From the human T2T-CHM13v2.0 reference genome, Homo sapiens, in NCBI RefSeq assembly GCF_009914755.1, contig NC_060927.1: a stretch of 64,000 bases of DNA; one strand, written 5' to 3'. The notes beneath the pieces were generated by a model that was not told the DNA's origin, ran no database searches, and saw nothing but the letters and a program-made list of their open reading frames with translations. Numbering within the stretch: the first letter of the stretch is position 1; the number at the start of each line of letters is the position of its first letter. Below are positions 27,450 through 42,889 of this stretch, piece after piece. The translations under genes and the position numbers were made by a program.

Positions 27450-27982
27450 TTGAGGTTGGCGTCTCTAGAATGGCTCTAATGATCCCTGCCTCCAGGTGTT
27501 CATGCCCTTTTGTAATCACTCTTTAAGTATGGGCTGGATCTAATGACTTGCTTCTAGTGCACAGAGTACAGCAAATGTGATGGAATGTCTCTTCTGATAT
27601 TAGGTTACAGAAAAGATTGTGATTTCTATCTTGTTTACCCATCCTTATCCCCCAAGCCCTCATTCTGGAGGAAGCAAGCTGGCATGTCATGAGTCCTGTG
27701 AAGACGCCCATGCAGAAAAGAGCTGATGTCTCTGGCCAACAGCCACATGATTGGGCTTAGAAGTGGAGGGTTCCCCAGGCGAACCCTGAGATGGCTGCAG
27801 ACCTGGCCAACACCTTGATGCATGATATTGTGGCCTCATGGGAGACACTGGGTCGAAGGCACCAAGCTAAGCTACATGTGGTCTCCTGACCCACAATAAA
27901 TTATGGGATAATAAATGTTGGTGGTTTTCAGCCACGATGTTTTGGGGGGTATTTTGCTACACAGCAATAGATAACCAATGTA
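27450..27982 (+). mobile_element. MaLR LTR MLT1F-like
   Basis: ATGATCCCTGCCTCCAGGTGTTCATGCCC...GCCAACAGCCA...AATAAATGTT...CAGCAATAGATAAC. Confidence 0.85.
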
Positions 27983-28309
27983 GTTGAATTACTTCTTGGA
28001 CTAAATTCATTAGTTATAAAAGCTCCTTCTAACTGCATAACCCCTGAGTAACACTGATAGTTTGTTGAGACATATAATCCTTCCATTTCAACCTTATTTC
28101 AAATGGCCATATCTTCTAAAACTAAGTTACTTTACTCAAATAAATATTCATTTTGAGTTACTTAGTCATTAAGAAGTAGAAATATGTTGATAGTCTTTTT
28201 ACTGTTATATGGGTGAACATTACATTCAAATCAGTGAATACTATACTTACTTAGACATTTATTATCTTCAAGGAACTATGCCCACACATTCAGATATAGT
28301 CCCATGCAG

Positions 28310-28490
28310 AGCACTGTGGTGAAACTTGTGGTCGGTGGTGTCAGACAGCCTGGATTTGATGCCAGCTTAGTTATTTATTATAAATAACTTAATACATTTG
28401 GGCAAGCTACTTGTCTGGCATTAGTTTTGTCATTTACAAGGGAAAAGGAATAGATTGTAAAAATAAATGAGATATATAAAGAGTAGTCCA
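28310..28490 (+). mobile_element. MIR
   Basis: GTCAGACAGCCTGGATTTGA...TGGGCAAGCTACTT...TAAATGAGAT. Confidence 0.65.
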
Positions 28491-28689
28491 TACAGGAGAT
28501 GAGATCCATGTTCAGATAATATACAAATAATCTACACTTTCACTTTTCATAGAGTTTGCTCGGGGAAGTTCCTTTTTCCCGGTCTTTTCAGTTATATAAT
28601 GTCCTCTGTTTGAATGATATTAGTGCATTTCTGTATTCATGGAATAAGTGGACAATCTATCAACAACAGTGCTCCTTTACAATTTTTTT

Positions 28690-28861
<172 letters not shown>

Positions 28862-29079
28862 TAGAGTTGTCCTGTTGAATAAGGACGCCTTAGAGTTATG
28901 TAGCTACTGAGTGCTTGAAATGTGGCTAATCCTAATTGAGATGTGCTGCAAGTATAAAATACACCCTGGATTTCAGACTTAGTATGAAAAAAATATAAAA
29001 TATCTCTTTAATAATGATTACTTTTGAAAATGATGGTGTATTTGGTTAAATAAACTATATTAAATAAAATACATGGATA

Positions 29080-29406
<327 letters not shown>

Positions 29407-29422
29407 TTAAAGTTAATTTCAC

Positions 29423-29711
29423 AGCTGGGCACAGTGGCTCATGCCTGTAATCCCAGCACTTTGCGGGGCTGAGGTGGGTGGATCACCTGAGGGCAGGAGT
29501 TTGAGACTAGCCTGGCCAACATGGTGAGACAGGGGTCTCCACTAAAAATACAAAAATTAGCCGGGCATGGTTGCAGGCACCTGTAATCCCAGCTACTCAG
29601 GAGGCTGAGGCAGGAGAATCACTTGAACACGGGAAGTGGAGGTTGTGGTGAGCCAAGATGTTGCCATTGCACTCCAGCCTGGGCGACAAGAGTGAAACTA
29701 AAAATAAAAAA
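29423..29711 (+). mobile_element. AluSq/Sp-like
   Basis: GGCGACAAGAGTGAAACT; flanked by AATTTCAC repeats. Confidence 0.93.
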
Positions 29712-29814
29712 TGAATTTCACTAGCTTTTTTTTTTTTAACTTAAATGTGGGTACTATAAAATTTACACTTACAAATGTGGTACTCATTTTATTTCTTTGG
29801 AAAGCATTCTTATA

Positions 29815-30790
29815 ACTCTTTGAAGTTTGTTAAGAAAAACAGCAGTACATCTCTTCTCCATCACCTCTGCATCTTCAGTGTTTGCATGCATTTTCACCTC
29901 TTTTAAGTGATTTATTTGGTAATTATAGCGTTTTCTCTAAATAACATACTTCTTTCATAACTTTTTGATTTTTCAGCCTCAGGCATTATCTTTTGACTGC
30001 ACATTCAGTCACCCCTCTGTCATCTCTCAGTCCCCAAGGATTATTTTCTATCCCATCATAGCAGTTGCATCATTGTGACTTAAGGGAGCCTCATTCACAA
30101 TTGAGGCCAGTGGGGAAACATGATTGATTCCTTTTTCTGTACAACTTTTTGTTTCCTTGCCTTCTTTCTTTTCATTTGCTGTGTTTTCTATGTACTTATA
30201 ATTAATACAGTCCCAAATGCTTTGCCAGTTTTCTACCTCTCTTCTTAAGATGTCAGATGTGTCTGGCATTCTTCTGGTTTCATCTTTCACAGAAGTCCCT
30301 CCCAGAGCCACTGAAAACCACACCGGGTGATCTTTTTATCAGATGTACAGTTACCATCTGGGAATCTTTCTCTGCACCATCCCTGGGATTCCCCTTCTCA
30401 GGCTCCTCTGTAGGATCATTTCAACTTTATACCAGGACTTCTTCTTTCTTGGCTTATTTCTTCTTTTCAGTGGAGTACATTTTCCAAAAGTTGTCAAGAA
30501 AAGTGAGCATAGGAGGTACATTTTTTGAGATGTGCATGTCTGAGCATGTTTTCCTACTGGCTGGGATGGTTTGGTTGTGTAGAAGTCTGTAGAATTTTCC
30601 TTTTGAATTTTGAAAACCTTCCTTAAAATTTCTTAGCATTCATGCTGCTACTGAGAAGCCTGAAGTTATTATTTTTTTTTTGTACTTTGTGGCTATTTTT
30701 TTCCTTTCTCTGGAAGCTTTTGTGATTGTCTTTTTGTCCCAGTGTTTAGTAATTTCACTATGATGTATATTGGTTTGGGTGTGTCTGAAT
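29815..30790 (-). mobile_element. HAL1/ancient L1 ORF1-region relic
   Basis: TTTTTTGAGATGTGCATGTCTGA...TTCTTAGCATTCATGCTGCTACTGAGAAGCCTGA...AATTTCACTATGATGTAT. Confidence 0.55.
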
Positions 30791-31426
30791 CTAATGACTC
30801 CAGGATCCGAGGTCTTTGTCTGTTTTTGTTGTTTGCTGTGATTGCTGACTCTTATTTCTTTCTCATTCTTTCCTCTCTGTGTGTGTGTGTGTGTGAGCAT
30901 GTGTGTTAGTAATTATGTAATCTTAATTTTTAAGCTTCTAAATAGGAATTTTGTGATGCCTGGGTTGAGAGGGAATCAACATTTACTGCTGCTATGGTGC
31001 TGGTGAAGTCCATCATCATCCACTCCTTAATAAGGTTTCTTCTTGGGGAATTTTGGGATAACACATGTGTGAATTCAGGCTTGAATGGGCTAGTTTGTCC
31101 TTGCTAAATTCCAGGGGTATTTTCTGCTGGCTAAAACATAGAGATTAGACAGTTTTCTTTTTAATCTACCATTGCTAAAAAGGTTTTCTTGTAGGCCATC
31201 CTGTTTTATACGCATAGAGCCAGCAAGGTCCTAGCTTTATTTGGGGTGGTTCAGATCTTTTATCTTGCCCTGCACAGGTGCCTGAGGCTTCAGGCCATCT
31301 GCATGAATCTCATAGATGCCCTCATGCTATGCTACATACTGTTTTCTCATTCTCATACCTTCTGAGGTTTTCTGCTTTTTTTTGCTCTTGACAATAGGGG
31401 ATACCCTGAAGTTTAAAAACTACTGG

Positions 31427-31953
31427 TGTTGTGGTCTTTCTGCTCCTTAGCTCAGCTAGGTCCAAGTTCTTGTCTCACAACCAGGAAGAATTAGGCACAC
31501 AGACACCAGAGAGTGAGTGGAACAGAATTTATTAAGTGAAAGGAAAGCTCTCAGCAAAGAGGGGATGTAGGGGTCGGAGGGTGGTTCCCCTACCTGAAGG
31601 TGGGAAATTTCTCCCAGGTGGCTGAGTCTGGGCCTCTTATGGACTCAAAATGAGGAGTACATGCTGACTGGTTTGGGAATATGTAAAAAAGGTTAAGGCA
31701 AAGACACCACTCAAAGATGGGCACGACAGTATAGAAAACCAATTAGGAAGGGGTAGGTATATGTAAAATAGGTGAAGGGTTGGGATCAGTTAGAGGAAAG
31801 CAAGCCAAATGGGAAGAGAAGTTCTCAATCCAGTCAAGGATGTAACTTGCAGCTTGTCTTTCGGCTTTAAACAGCCTTGGGCTTGGAGGTAGGGTTTCAC
31901 TGGGGACCCACCCCTATCTGCCTAGGCATTTGGCTGCCTCCTGCCACTCTTAC
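31427..31953 (-). mobile_element. ERV1 solo LTR (LTR27/MER52 group)
   Basis: TTCTTGTCTCACAACCAGGAAGAATTAGGCAC, minus-strand AATAAA near 31530, GGGACCCACCCCTATCTGCCTAGGCATTT end. Confidence 0.8.
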
Positions 31954-32074
31954 CAGTTCAACGACTTAAATCTATACTACGTGTCATTTCTAACTTTATA
32001 GATGAGAAATTTTAGGATTTTTAATCTATTATGATAAAACTAGAAGCAGAAATATAAGGCACTTTAAAAACTAT

Positions 32075-32405
32075 GAATTATTTTATCATGTAGTATGTAT
32101 AATGTAAAGCATAATATACATAAAATTCATCCCCCCACCAATCAGCTTAAGAAACAGAACACTTTCAATGTTTGATGCTCCCTATTTGCCTTCCATAATT
32201 ATGCTGCCCTTTCTACCCAGATCTCAGTTATTCTGAATTTTGTGATATCATTTTCTTGTTTTTCTTAGTAATTTTACCAAGTGTGTGAGTATTCCTTAAA
32301 AATAATGTTTACTTTTGCATGTCTTCATATTTTACATAAAAATCATACTGCTTCAATTTATCTTCAACTGGCTTTCTTTTATTTGCTGAAGATTGTTAAG
32401 ATCCT
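32075..32405 (-). mobile_element. L1ME 3' end fragment
   Basis: CAGCTTAAGAAACAGAACA...TATTCTGAATTTTGTG...TAATTTTACCA. Confidence 0.65.
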
Positions 32406-33719
32406 ATAAAAAGCTTTTTAGTTTCTCAAGAAAACCTACTATTCATGAAATTGTCATGTCACTGAATAAACACCATAAAACAAATAATTACTAGAGGGCT
32501 TGGGAATTTCTATGCCTTCTTTTTACTGGAAATAAAAATTTACTAGAAAAGCTGAATACTATCTTCCAAATTAGAAAAAAAGTCATGATTACATGGAAAG
32601 AAATGCATGTTCTTCTGTTGTGGCAGCAGTTTTCCATTGTATTTGTTATTCTTCTCTCTGTAAATCCAGTGCCAACCACACAATTCCAGATGAGTTAAGA
32701 ATGTTTAACTCAGTTTTTAAGGATTATAAAACTAAGCAGGAATGTAAGTAACTTAAGCTTTCCCTTTATTTTTATACACATGCACACACAAAATTTTAAC
32801 TTGTTAAGAACTTTGAATTGGATGACATTTGTTGACTTTTTATTGATCCATTCAGCTTCAAACAGACTTATCAATCTAACATTTTCTCCCTTTTTGTTTA
32901 CTTCTGTTTTGTAGGGAAGGCTGGAAATACTTCTTAAAGAATTATACATCTATCAAGTTTCCCCTTTTCTCCTCAGTCTGTTTTCAGATATCTGCGAGTT
33001 AATTTCTGGGGTGGTAAGAGCCAAAAGCAGAGAATAAAATAACAACTGAGATAAAAATAAGAGAAAGGAAAAGGGCATGCTAAATCCTTTCCCCCACCCC
33101 CACCATAGGGAAACTGCCATGCCTTTTTCAAGTGCATAAATGCTTTTTTCAGGCTAATGTCTACCTGCCACTCATCAGGCTAGGCGAAGGGAGTTTTATG
33201 AAAAACAGACTAGATGTCATAAACTATCATAATACACAGTCTGCCTTAAACAATGGGTGAACTCAACAAATGTTTCGCTTTAAGTAAATTTCAAGTTTCT
33301 CTTCAGATTTTCACTTAAATTGCCTCTTAAACCTACACACCATAATATAAATTCTGTAACACATATATTGAAACATAGCTTATACTGCTAACATTTAATA
33401 GAGGTTCTGTCATTGTAGAACTTCTTTTATTATCAAATTTAGCCATAAATATTTCTGGTGGAGTCATATTTTCAACATTTAGAAGTTACAGTATTTTCCT
33501 ATGGAAGGTAGCATCTTGACAGTTCTCTAAAACAGTATGTATATTATTACTTCTAAAACACTTAGTGTGTCTATCATTCAGCACTACTATATATTACCAT
33601 CTATTTTTCTATGTTTTCTTCATTTGTACATGCTTTCTCCTCTCAACCAAATACTCAGTTTCCACTGCTTTCTAATTTTTATGCATTCTCCCCTCTCACT
33701 AAAACATTATTGGGCACCC

Positions 33720-34276
<557 letters not shown>

Positions 34277-34749
34277 AAGAGCCTTCTTTACCTTTTCTTA
34301 AGAAAAATTATACAAATTTTACTGCATGTCTCTTTAATACCATACTGGTCTACTGTCTATCAGCCACTAAGAGTTATTTAATTCTTTATGGGTGTATCAA
34401 TGTATCGATGCTTGTCTTAGTATTTACTAGTGATTAGGGTCCAAACTCTGAAAAGTTACATGTTAACATGAGGATTATTGTCCAGTAGAAATACCAGTGG
34501 GTTCTATCTGGCAGAAAAAATCGTGTCCGATTTTATGGCTTTATTGTCTTATAGGATATAACTAGTTTTATCCCTAATATAGCGAATTTATTTCTGTATA
34601 CCTTTCCGGAATGATACATAAACATCTGTTTCTTAATTTTTCCTTGGAAAAAGGAAAACTATTTTTCTGGTTCCCTTATTGATGAGTGAAATAAATCTAA
34701 TATTCATTCAGCTATTAGTATGATAGTCATGATTTTACCTTTTTGAAAA

Positions 34750-35340
<591 letters not shown>

Positions 35341-35356
35341 ATTATTTTTTTTTTTT

Positions 35357-35860
35357 AGAAAGAGAGAGGAGCGAGACTGAGGAAAGAGGAGAGAGAGATG
35401 AGAGACAGGGAGAGACGACGGACGGAAAGAGGAGAGAAAGACACATACACAGAGACCGAGAGAGAGGGAGAGAGAGAAGGGAAGGGAAGGAAGGGGAGGA
35501 GAGGGGAGGGAAGGGAGGGGAAGGGAAGGTGAAGAGAGAGAAAGGAGAGAGAAACAAGGAGAGAGAGATGAGAGAGGGAGACAGAGAGAGGGAGACAGAG
35601 AGAGAGAGGGAGACAGAGAGAGAGGAGAGAAAGAGGGAGAGGAGAGAGAGATGGGGGAGAGAAACAGGGAGAAAGAGACGGAGAGAGAGGAGAGAGACAG
35701 ACTGAGAGAGAGAGGAGAGAAAGACTCAGAGAGAGAGAGGAACCCAAAGCGAGGGAGACAGAGAGAAGAGAGAGAGAGGAGAGAGAAAGCAGAGAGAAAG
35801 AGAAAGAGAGGAGAGAGAGAGGCAGGGACAGAGAGGAGAGAGACAGATGGAGAGAGAGGA

Positions 35861-35902
<42 letters not shown>

Positions 35903-35998
35903 AAGGAAAGGGAGACAGAGAGGAGAGAGAGAGCAGAGAGAGACACACACAGAGAGAGAGGAGAGAGAGAGAGCAAAGAGAAAGGAGAGAGAGGGGAG
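35357..35998 (+). repeat. GA-rich polypurine low-complexity tract with embedded (CA)n at ~35863-35901
   Basis: Read directly from the sequence. Confidence 0.95.
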
Positions 35999-37689
35999 TA
36001 TGAATAATGACTTTAATACATTTTTTAAATTATATATTTTCTAAGAAATCTCAACTCATATGTGTTTGTTTCCATACCTAATGTGAATCCTTCAATTCTC
36101 TAAAAAAAAAAAAATAAACAAAAATAAAAAAGAAGTTTTAGTGGAGAAAAACATAAGGATTAGCACAAGCAACAGAAGGAGAAAACTAGAAAAGGTATTT
36201 ACAATTAAGAAAATATATTGAATCACACACTCTGAGATTGTGGCTTCATTTAAGTTAAAAACTCTAGGTGGGGTTGCAAATATTCCTACAGGTCCTCTTT
36301 CATTTCTTATTTTTCTCTGCAAGGAAGAGAAACTCCAGACTCCAAAATTATCAGAGATCTGGGATGGAGAAAATAAAAGCAGAGTTCTGTGACCAATTCT
36401 GCCTCTGACTGACTGTGATTTTAATGGTGTTTTAGCTTCTCCATCTCCACTGTGAGGCTGTAATTGCCTAGAGATCTGGGTGGGTCCTCCACGGAAAGGT
36501 TTTAAGACAGCTACAATTAGCTGTAAGTTATCTTGACTTTTAAGAGAAAGATTTCAGACTCTGTGGCTTAAGGGTTGTCTTTTTCCACCTTGCTTTGCCT
36601 CCATGTTTCCTCATATGGCAGGAGGAATAACAAATACAGAAAGGACAGCTCTAGTTCCTTAATCTTTTCTGCTTGTGACCAGAATACTCTGTGCTGTTAA
36701 CATTTCACTTCTCAATTTATAAAAGGTCATAATATTGTGTTGGTTCTGTGTGGTCTTATTTTAGTATTTTGTCTTATTTTATTGGGAAAAAATGCAAAGA
36801 ATTAGCATAGCAGATTATGGGGAATTTTATCTTTATTAATTGTTGAACTTGCCCTCTTCTCCTAGTTTCTTTATCATTGTGGACTGACGTTTTTGCAAAG
36901 TTCATTTTCAGTTTCTATTTTATTTTTCCAGTGTTGGGGAAAGGTCTCAAGTAAGACAGAGAAGGCAGAAATTCACCAGCAAATCCAAACTGGGGAAATC
37001 CCAGAGTTGAAGACAAGAAACTTAAGAAAACCTTACAAAAAGAAACATGCTTGGGGCTACTCTTGTTTGCTGGTAGAATGATCTGTAGAAAATTCTGAGA
37101 TAAGGTGTTAAAAGTAAGAAAATGCAGGCATAATTATGATCAGACTGTCAACTTTCCCCTTGTCTAATGGGAGCCAAAGAATGATGTTTTAATGCTCAGC
37201 TTCTAGATGAAATATGTATTAGCAAACTATTCTAGGCCTTTATATTCCTTTATTTTTGTTTTCAAAAATTCCCATGACAATATTCTGGCATCCATGCCAC
37301 ATGAGGATACATTTCGTGCCAAAACAAGCTTAGGAAATCTGCAGATTAAAGGAGGAAGGTATGCTGCAGCTGAGAGCAGACGCTTCTAAGGCATCTTGGG
37401 AAGGTAAGTTCAGAACGGCATATTCTTTGAATACTGTCTGAGTATTGACAAGAAGATTCAAATAGACGCTGCAAACAATGGAGCGTTGTGAATTGTGTAC
37501 ATCTTGAGAAGTAATTTGAGTGGCATATATTTAAGACAATCCATCCATATTTGAGCAAACCCAAGCAATTTATATTTCCTGGATGTCAGCTTGAATAGGA
37601 GGTTAGAAGAATGGCGATGCTTCAGTCTCATTTTAGATAAAAATAATGGATAATCATGTATTTACACATTAATTTATGTCACAGAAGTA

Positions 37690-38260
37690 TGTCAAGTATG
37701 AAAATAGGACCTTTATACACTACTGTTGAGAGGATAAATTGTTACTAACTTCCATGAAGGGCAATTTGTAGATGTATATACAAAAGCTTAGAAATACTCA
37801 TGATCTTTGAATCATCAATTTTTCAATAAAATAAAAAGATAAATGTTCAGGATTATGTAACTTATTCATTATGTTATCACTGTGTTTGTAATAGTGAAAA
37901 TCTGGAAAGAGCCTATAATACAGGCAGAAATAGAGGAATTTTTAATATGGTTTATTCACACAATAGAATATTTTGCAGCATCTATAATGATAAAAATTTA
38001 TAATTATTGACATTGAAATATGTTTTTAATTATAAAATAAGACTACAAAATAAAGCATGATCTCATTCTGTAACAAGATATTGTTCATTTGCTGGTATGT
38101 ATGAATAAAACATCTTTCAAATCATTGAATTACATCTTAAGCTTTGTCATTGACTTAAACTTATGTTTCCTATTTTTTCCATCACAAAAATTTTTGACTA
38201 CAATGTCATATAAGACTCTATTATTTAAAAAAGACTTTTATGCATATCTAACTTTACAAT
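37690..38260 (+). mobile_element. L1ME ORF2-end/3'UTR relic
   Basis: GGGCAATTTG...TTTGTAATAGTGAAAATCTGGAAA...CAATAGAATATTTTGCAGC. Confidence 0.6.
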
Positions 38261-39811
38261 TAGGAGTTTGATTTTCACTACCACCTTCTCAAGAGAATTC
38301 AAAGTTCTCAAAGAGACAATTCAAAGTTCATAATTTACTATTATATATTTCTCTTAGGAAACACATTTTTTCCATGTTAAATTGGATAAAATGGTTAACC
38401 CATGGGGTTCACGGACTTCTGCTTCCCCTTTTGCCTGATCAGTTTTTTTTTTCTCTCTTCCATCCTGAGAAAAAGGACAAAATTTCATGAATGGATGCAA
38501 AAAGTAGAGAGGGATTCAGAACAAATAATTTTTCTCTCTAATTCCAAGCACTGGGAAGTCAGGAAGTGTCCTGAGTGTATTACGAGAAACTGTGCACTTT
38601 GGAGCAGCAGTTGATAAGGAGGACCAAGGTATAAGAACAGGTGAGATGAGTGAGAAAATTCTTCCTAGATGAGAAGGAGACACCTGAGAGTTTGTGGTGC
38701 CATACATTAAGAACATTTGCTGTAGTCTAAGTATTTGCAGCTCCTTAAAAGTAAAAAAGGGCATGACTGAAGATTATATGTATTCCTTTTTGGGTCTGGA
38801 GTCTATATGTGAGACACTGCTCCTGGATTGGATTTAGGGGTGATAGCTTTATAAACATTACTTGTGTATCTAGAGAATTCTGTCCACATGCTCTCATCAG
38901 GCCAATTCTTGCTTTTGTGCCTTTTATCACTTCTTGAAACCCTATTCTGTGTCAAAAGAGGAACAACGGTATGTCTATTCTAAATCAGTCCCTCCCAAAA
39001 AACAGACGTAGGGCTTTATAATCAAATGTGAAATGTTTTTTCTTTCCAAGGTCATACCAAAGATTTGTTTGTGGTTCTTTAATTGCAGTTTTTAGTGACC
39101 ATGAAATGCTTCACTAAAATACACATTAAGAAGTAAAATAGTGGAGTTTACAAAGGAACTCTCTGGAAGAATATGTGGGTGTTCTCCACACATGAAATTT
39201 AGGAAAACAGGATGGCTTCAAAGAGATGAAAGGAATGACCTATTGTCTTTCTTGCTAACGCAGATTCTTCATTACCCTATAGGTTGCATCTGCAGTCTCA
39301 AGAAATATTAAAACCTATTTTAATGTAGGTAAGTCATCATATAGCCTTTGTAAATATGAAGCCCAAATATCACAATGCTTTGTTCCAGCTGAATCCTAAT
39401 ATGTATGAAAATTAAACTCTGCTTACAGCACATGAAGATTTCATAAAATATTTATGACCAGATCAGCCTTCACTGAGAATAACAAAACATGTGAAGTGTG
39501 CAAATTAGCTATCATATGTTTAAAAAATATGTGTATGCCTTTAAATTTATTGGCGTATTTAGACTATGAAGAACTGTAGGTTTTTAACAAATTGGATAGG
39601 GTTCAATACTTTTAGTCTGTCCAATAGGTCACTGTGTTTAAGGTATGATGCAAATATTTAACAAATTATGAAATATAATTATTGACTGTGACATGGTTTC
39701 AAACTATATTTATTTATTTTTTCAGAAGAGACATGTTTCATTTTATTAACCCAACATATCCCAAACATATTTGACCATTATATTTTTTTAACATGAAGGT
39801 AATACTCATAC

Positions 39812-40070
39812 TAATAACAATAACAATACTAGTAATTCAATACCATTATTGAATGCTTACTATGTGCTTACTATTCATTATTGAATACTACTATGTATCA
39901 ATGTATTCATATATTAATCCTGTGATGTAAATACCATTTTCCTATTTCACGGATTAGAAAACTGAAGCATAAGGCAATTAAGAAATTTACTCAAGATTAC
40001 ATAAGTGGTGGGGGTATGATTTGAACTCAACTTCTCTGAACCTAGATTCCTCACTCTGAACTGCTATTTT
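39812..40070 (-). mobile_element. MIR (MIRb-like)
   Basis: TATTGAATGCTTACTATGTGC...GAAAACTGAAGCAT...GATTTGAACTCA. Confidence 0.75.
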
Positions 40071-40655
40071 AAAGTCTCCCACATTTAATGCCTACATCTG
40101 TAGAAATTCTGTGGAATTAATGTTTCCAGGAAATCACTTGGGGAAACAACTGGATTAGAATGGTTTGTATGGATGACAGATAAATTGCTTTCACTTTTAA
40201 TATGCACAAGGTCCTGAGGCTGTTACAGTACATTTTCTAGAATGATTTGCAGTAATGTTGAATATAAAAATTTCATTTTTAAGGTACTGGACTTCTCCAC
40301 AGTATGACCCTTTATAAATATTTATTCTCTTGAGTTTTTCTGAATTAAATCTCTTACTATGATAATTTAAAAAACTATTTTATTTTTTATAATTTCAACT
40401 TTTATTTTAGATTCGATGGCACATGTGCATTTTTGTTACACAGGTATATCACATGATTCTAAGGTTTGGGTACAAATGATCCCATCTCCCTGGTAGTGGG
40501 CATAGTACCCAATAGCTAATTGTTCAGTGCTTACTGCCCTTCCCCACTCTCCCGTCCAGTAGTCCCCAGTGTCTACTGTTGTCATCTTTATGTCAATGAG
40601 TACCTGAGGTTTAGCACCTGCTTATAAGTGAAAATATGCAGTATTTGGTTTTCTT

Positions 40656-42889
40656 CTCTTTTTTTAATTTTTATTTTAGGTTTAGGGGTACATGAGCAGG
40701 TTTATTATATAGGTAAACTACATGTCATGGGGATTTGGTGTGCAGATTGTTTCATCTCCCAGGTAATAAACATGGTATACAATAGGTAGTTTTTTTGATC
40801 TTCTCCCTCCTCCCACCCACCACCCTCAAGTAGGCCCCCAGTTGTTCCCCTCTTTGTGTCCATGTGTTGCATTGTTTAGGTGCATTTATAAGCAAGAACA
40901 TATGGTATTTGTTTGTTTGTTTGTTTTGTTCCTTCTTAGTTTGCTTAGGTTAATAGCCTCTAGTTCCATCTATGTTGCTGCAAAGGACATGATCTTGTTC
41001 TTTTTTATGAATGTGTAGTATTCCATGGTATATATGTACCACATTTTCTTTATCCAGTCTACTATTGATGGGAAGTTATGTTGATTCCATGTCTTTGCTA
41101 TTGTGAATAGTGCTGGGATGAAAATACATGTACATGTGTCTTTGTGGTAGAATGATTTATATTCCTTCAAGTATATACCCAATAATGGACTTGCTGGGTT
41201 GAATGCTAATTCTGTTTTAAGTCCTTTGAGGAATCACTACACTGTTTTCCACAAAGGCTGAACTAGTTTACATTCCTATCAGCAGCGTATACGTGTTCCC
41301 TTTTCTCTGCAACCTTGCCAGAATCTGTTATTTTTTGACTTTTTAAATAGCCATTCTGACTGGTGTGAGATGGTATCTCATTCTGGTTTTAATGTGCATT
41401 TCTCTAATGATTAGTGATGTGGAGCATCTTTTCATAGGCTCATGGGTCATGTGTATGTCTTCTTTTGAAACGTGTGTTCATGTGCTTTGCACACTTTTGT
41501 GGGTATTAGACCTTTGTTGGATGCATAATTTGCAAATATTTTCTCTCATTCTGTAGTTTGTCTGTTTGCTCTGTTGATAGTTTCTTTTGCTGTGCAGAAG
41601 CTCTTCAGTTTAATTAGTTCCCATTCGTCCATTTTTGTTTTTGTTGCAATTGCTTTTGGCATCTTTGCTATGAAATCTTTGTCAGGGCCTATGTCCAGAA
41701 TGGTATTTCCAAGGTTATCTTCCAGGATTTTTATGGTTTTAGGTTTTACATTTAAGTGTTTAATTCATCTTGAGTTGATTTTTGTGTATGGTGTAAGGAA
41801 GGGGTCCAGTTTCACTCTTCTGCATATAGCTAGCCAGTTATCCCAACACCATTTATTGAATAGGGAGTCCTGTCCTCATTGCTTGTTCTTGTTAACTTTG
41901 TTGAATATTAGATAGTTGCAGGTGTATGGCATTATTTCTGGGCTCTCTCTTCTGTTCCACTGGTTTATGTGTCTGTTTCTGTACCAGTACCATGCTGTTT
42001 TGGTTACTGTAGCCCTGTAGGATAGTTTGAAGTCAGGTAACATGATGATTCCTTCTTTGTTCTTTTTGCTTAGGATTGCCTTGGCTATTTAGGCTCTGTT
42101 TTGGTTCCTTATGAAATTTGAAATATATTTTTCTAATTCTATGATGAATGCCATTCATAGTTTGATAGAAATAGCATTGAACCTGCAAGTTGCTTTGGGC
42201 AGTATGGCCATTTTAACAATATTGATTATTCCTGCCCATGAGTATGGAATGTTTTTCCATTTGTTTGTGTCATCTCTGATTTCTTTGAGCAGTGTTTTAT
42301 AATTCTCATTTCAGGGATCTTTCACCTCCCTGGTTAGCTTTATTTCTAGGTATTTTATTCTTTTTGTGGCTATTGTGAATGGGATTGCGTTATTGATTTG
42401 GCTCTCAGCCTGGATGTTGTTGGTGTCTGACAATACTTCTGATTTTTTTTTTTTTGAGATAGGGTATCACTCTTGTCGCCCAGGCTGGAGTGCAATGGCG
42501 CGATCTTGCTCACTGCAACCTCCGCGTCCCAGGTTCAAGCAATTCTCCTGCCTCAGCCTCCCGAGTAGCTTGGATTACAGGCAATTGCCATCACACCTGG
42601 CTAATTTTTGTATTTTTAGTAGGGAAGGGGTTTCGCCGTGTTGGCCAGGCTGGTTTGAACTCCTTACTTCAGGTGATCCACCCGCCTCGGCTTCCCAAAG
42701 TGCTGGGATTACAGGCGTAAGCCACCACGCCCGGCCAACTTTTGATTTTTGTACATTGATTTTGTATCTTGAAACTTTGCTGAAGTTGTTTATCAGATCA
42801 AGAAACTTTTTGCCAGACACTATGTATGGGATTTTTCTAGGAGTAAAATCATATTGTCTGCAAACAAGGATAGTTTGACTTCCTCTCTT
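40656..42889 (-). mobile_element. L1PA13-15-like 5'-truncated element (3'UTR plus decayed ORF2)
   Basis: Second T-rich tail at 40659; track ORFs 40970-41182 and 42575-42820 translate to ORF2p motifs ([30 protein letters not shown]). Confidence 0.9.
42448..42736 (-). mobile_element. AluSq/Sp-like with TSD inside L1
   Basis: CACTCTTGTCGCC, TGCAATGGC; TSD ACTT(C/T)TGATTTTT at 42435-42447 and 42738-42750. Confidence 0.95.
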
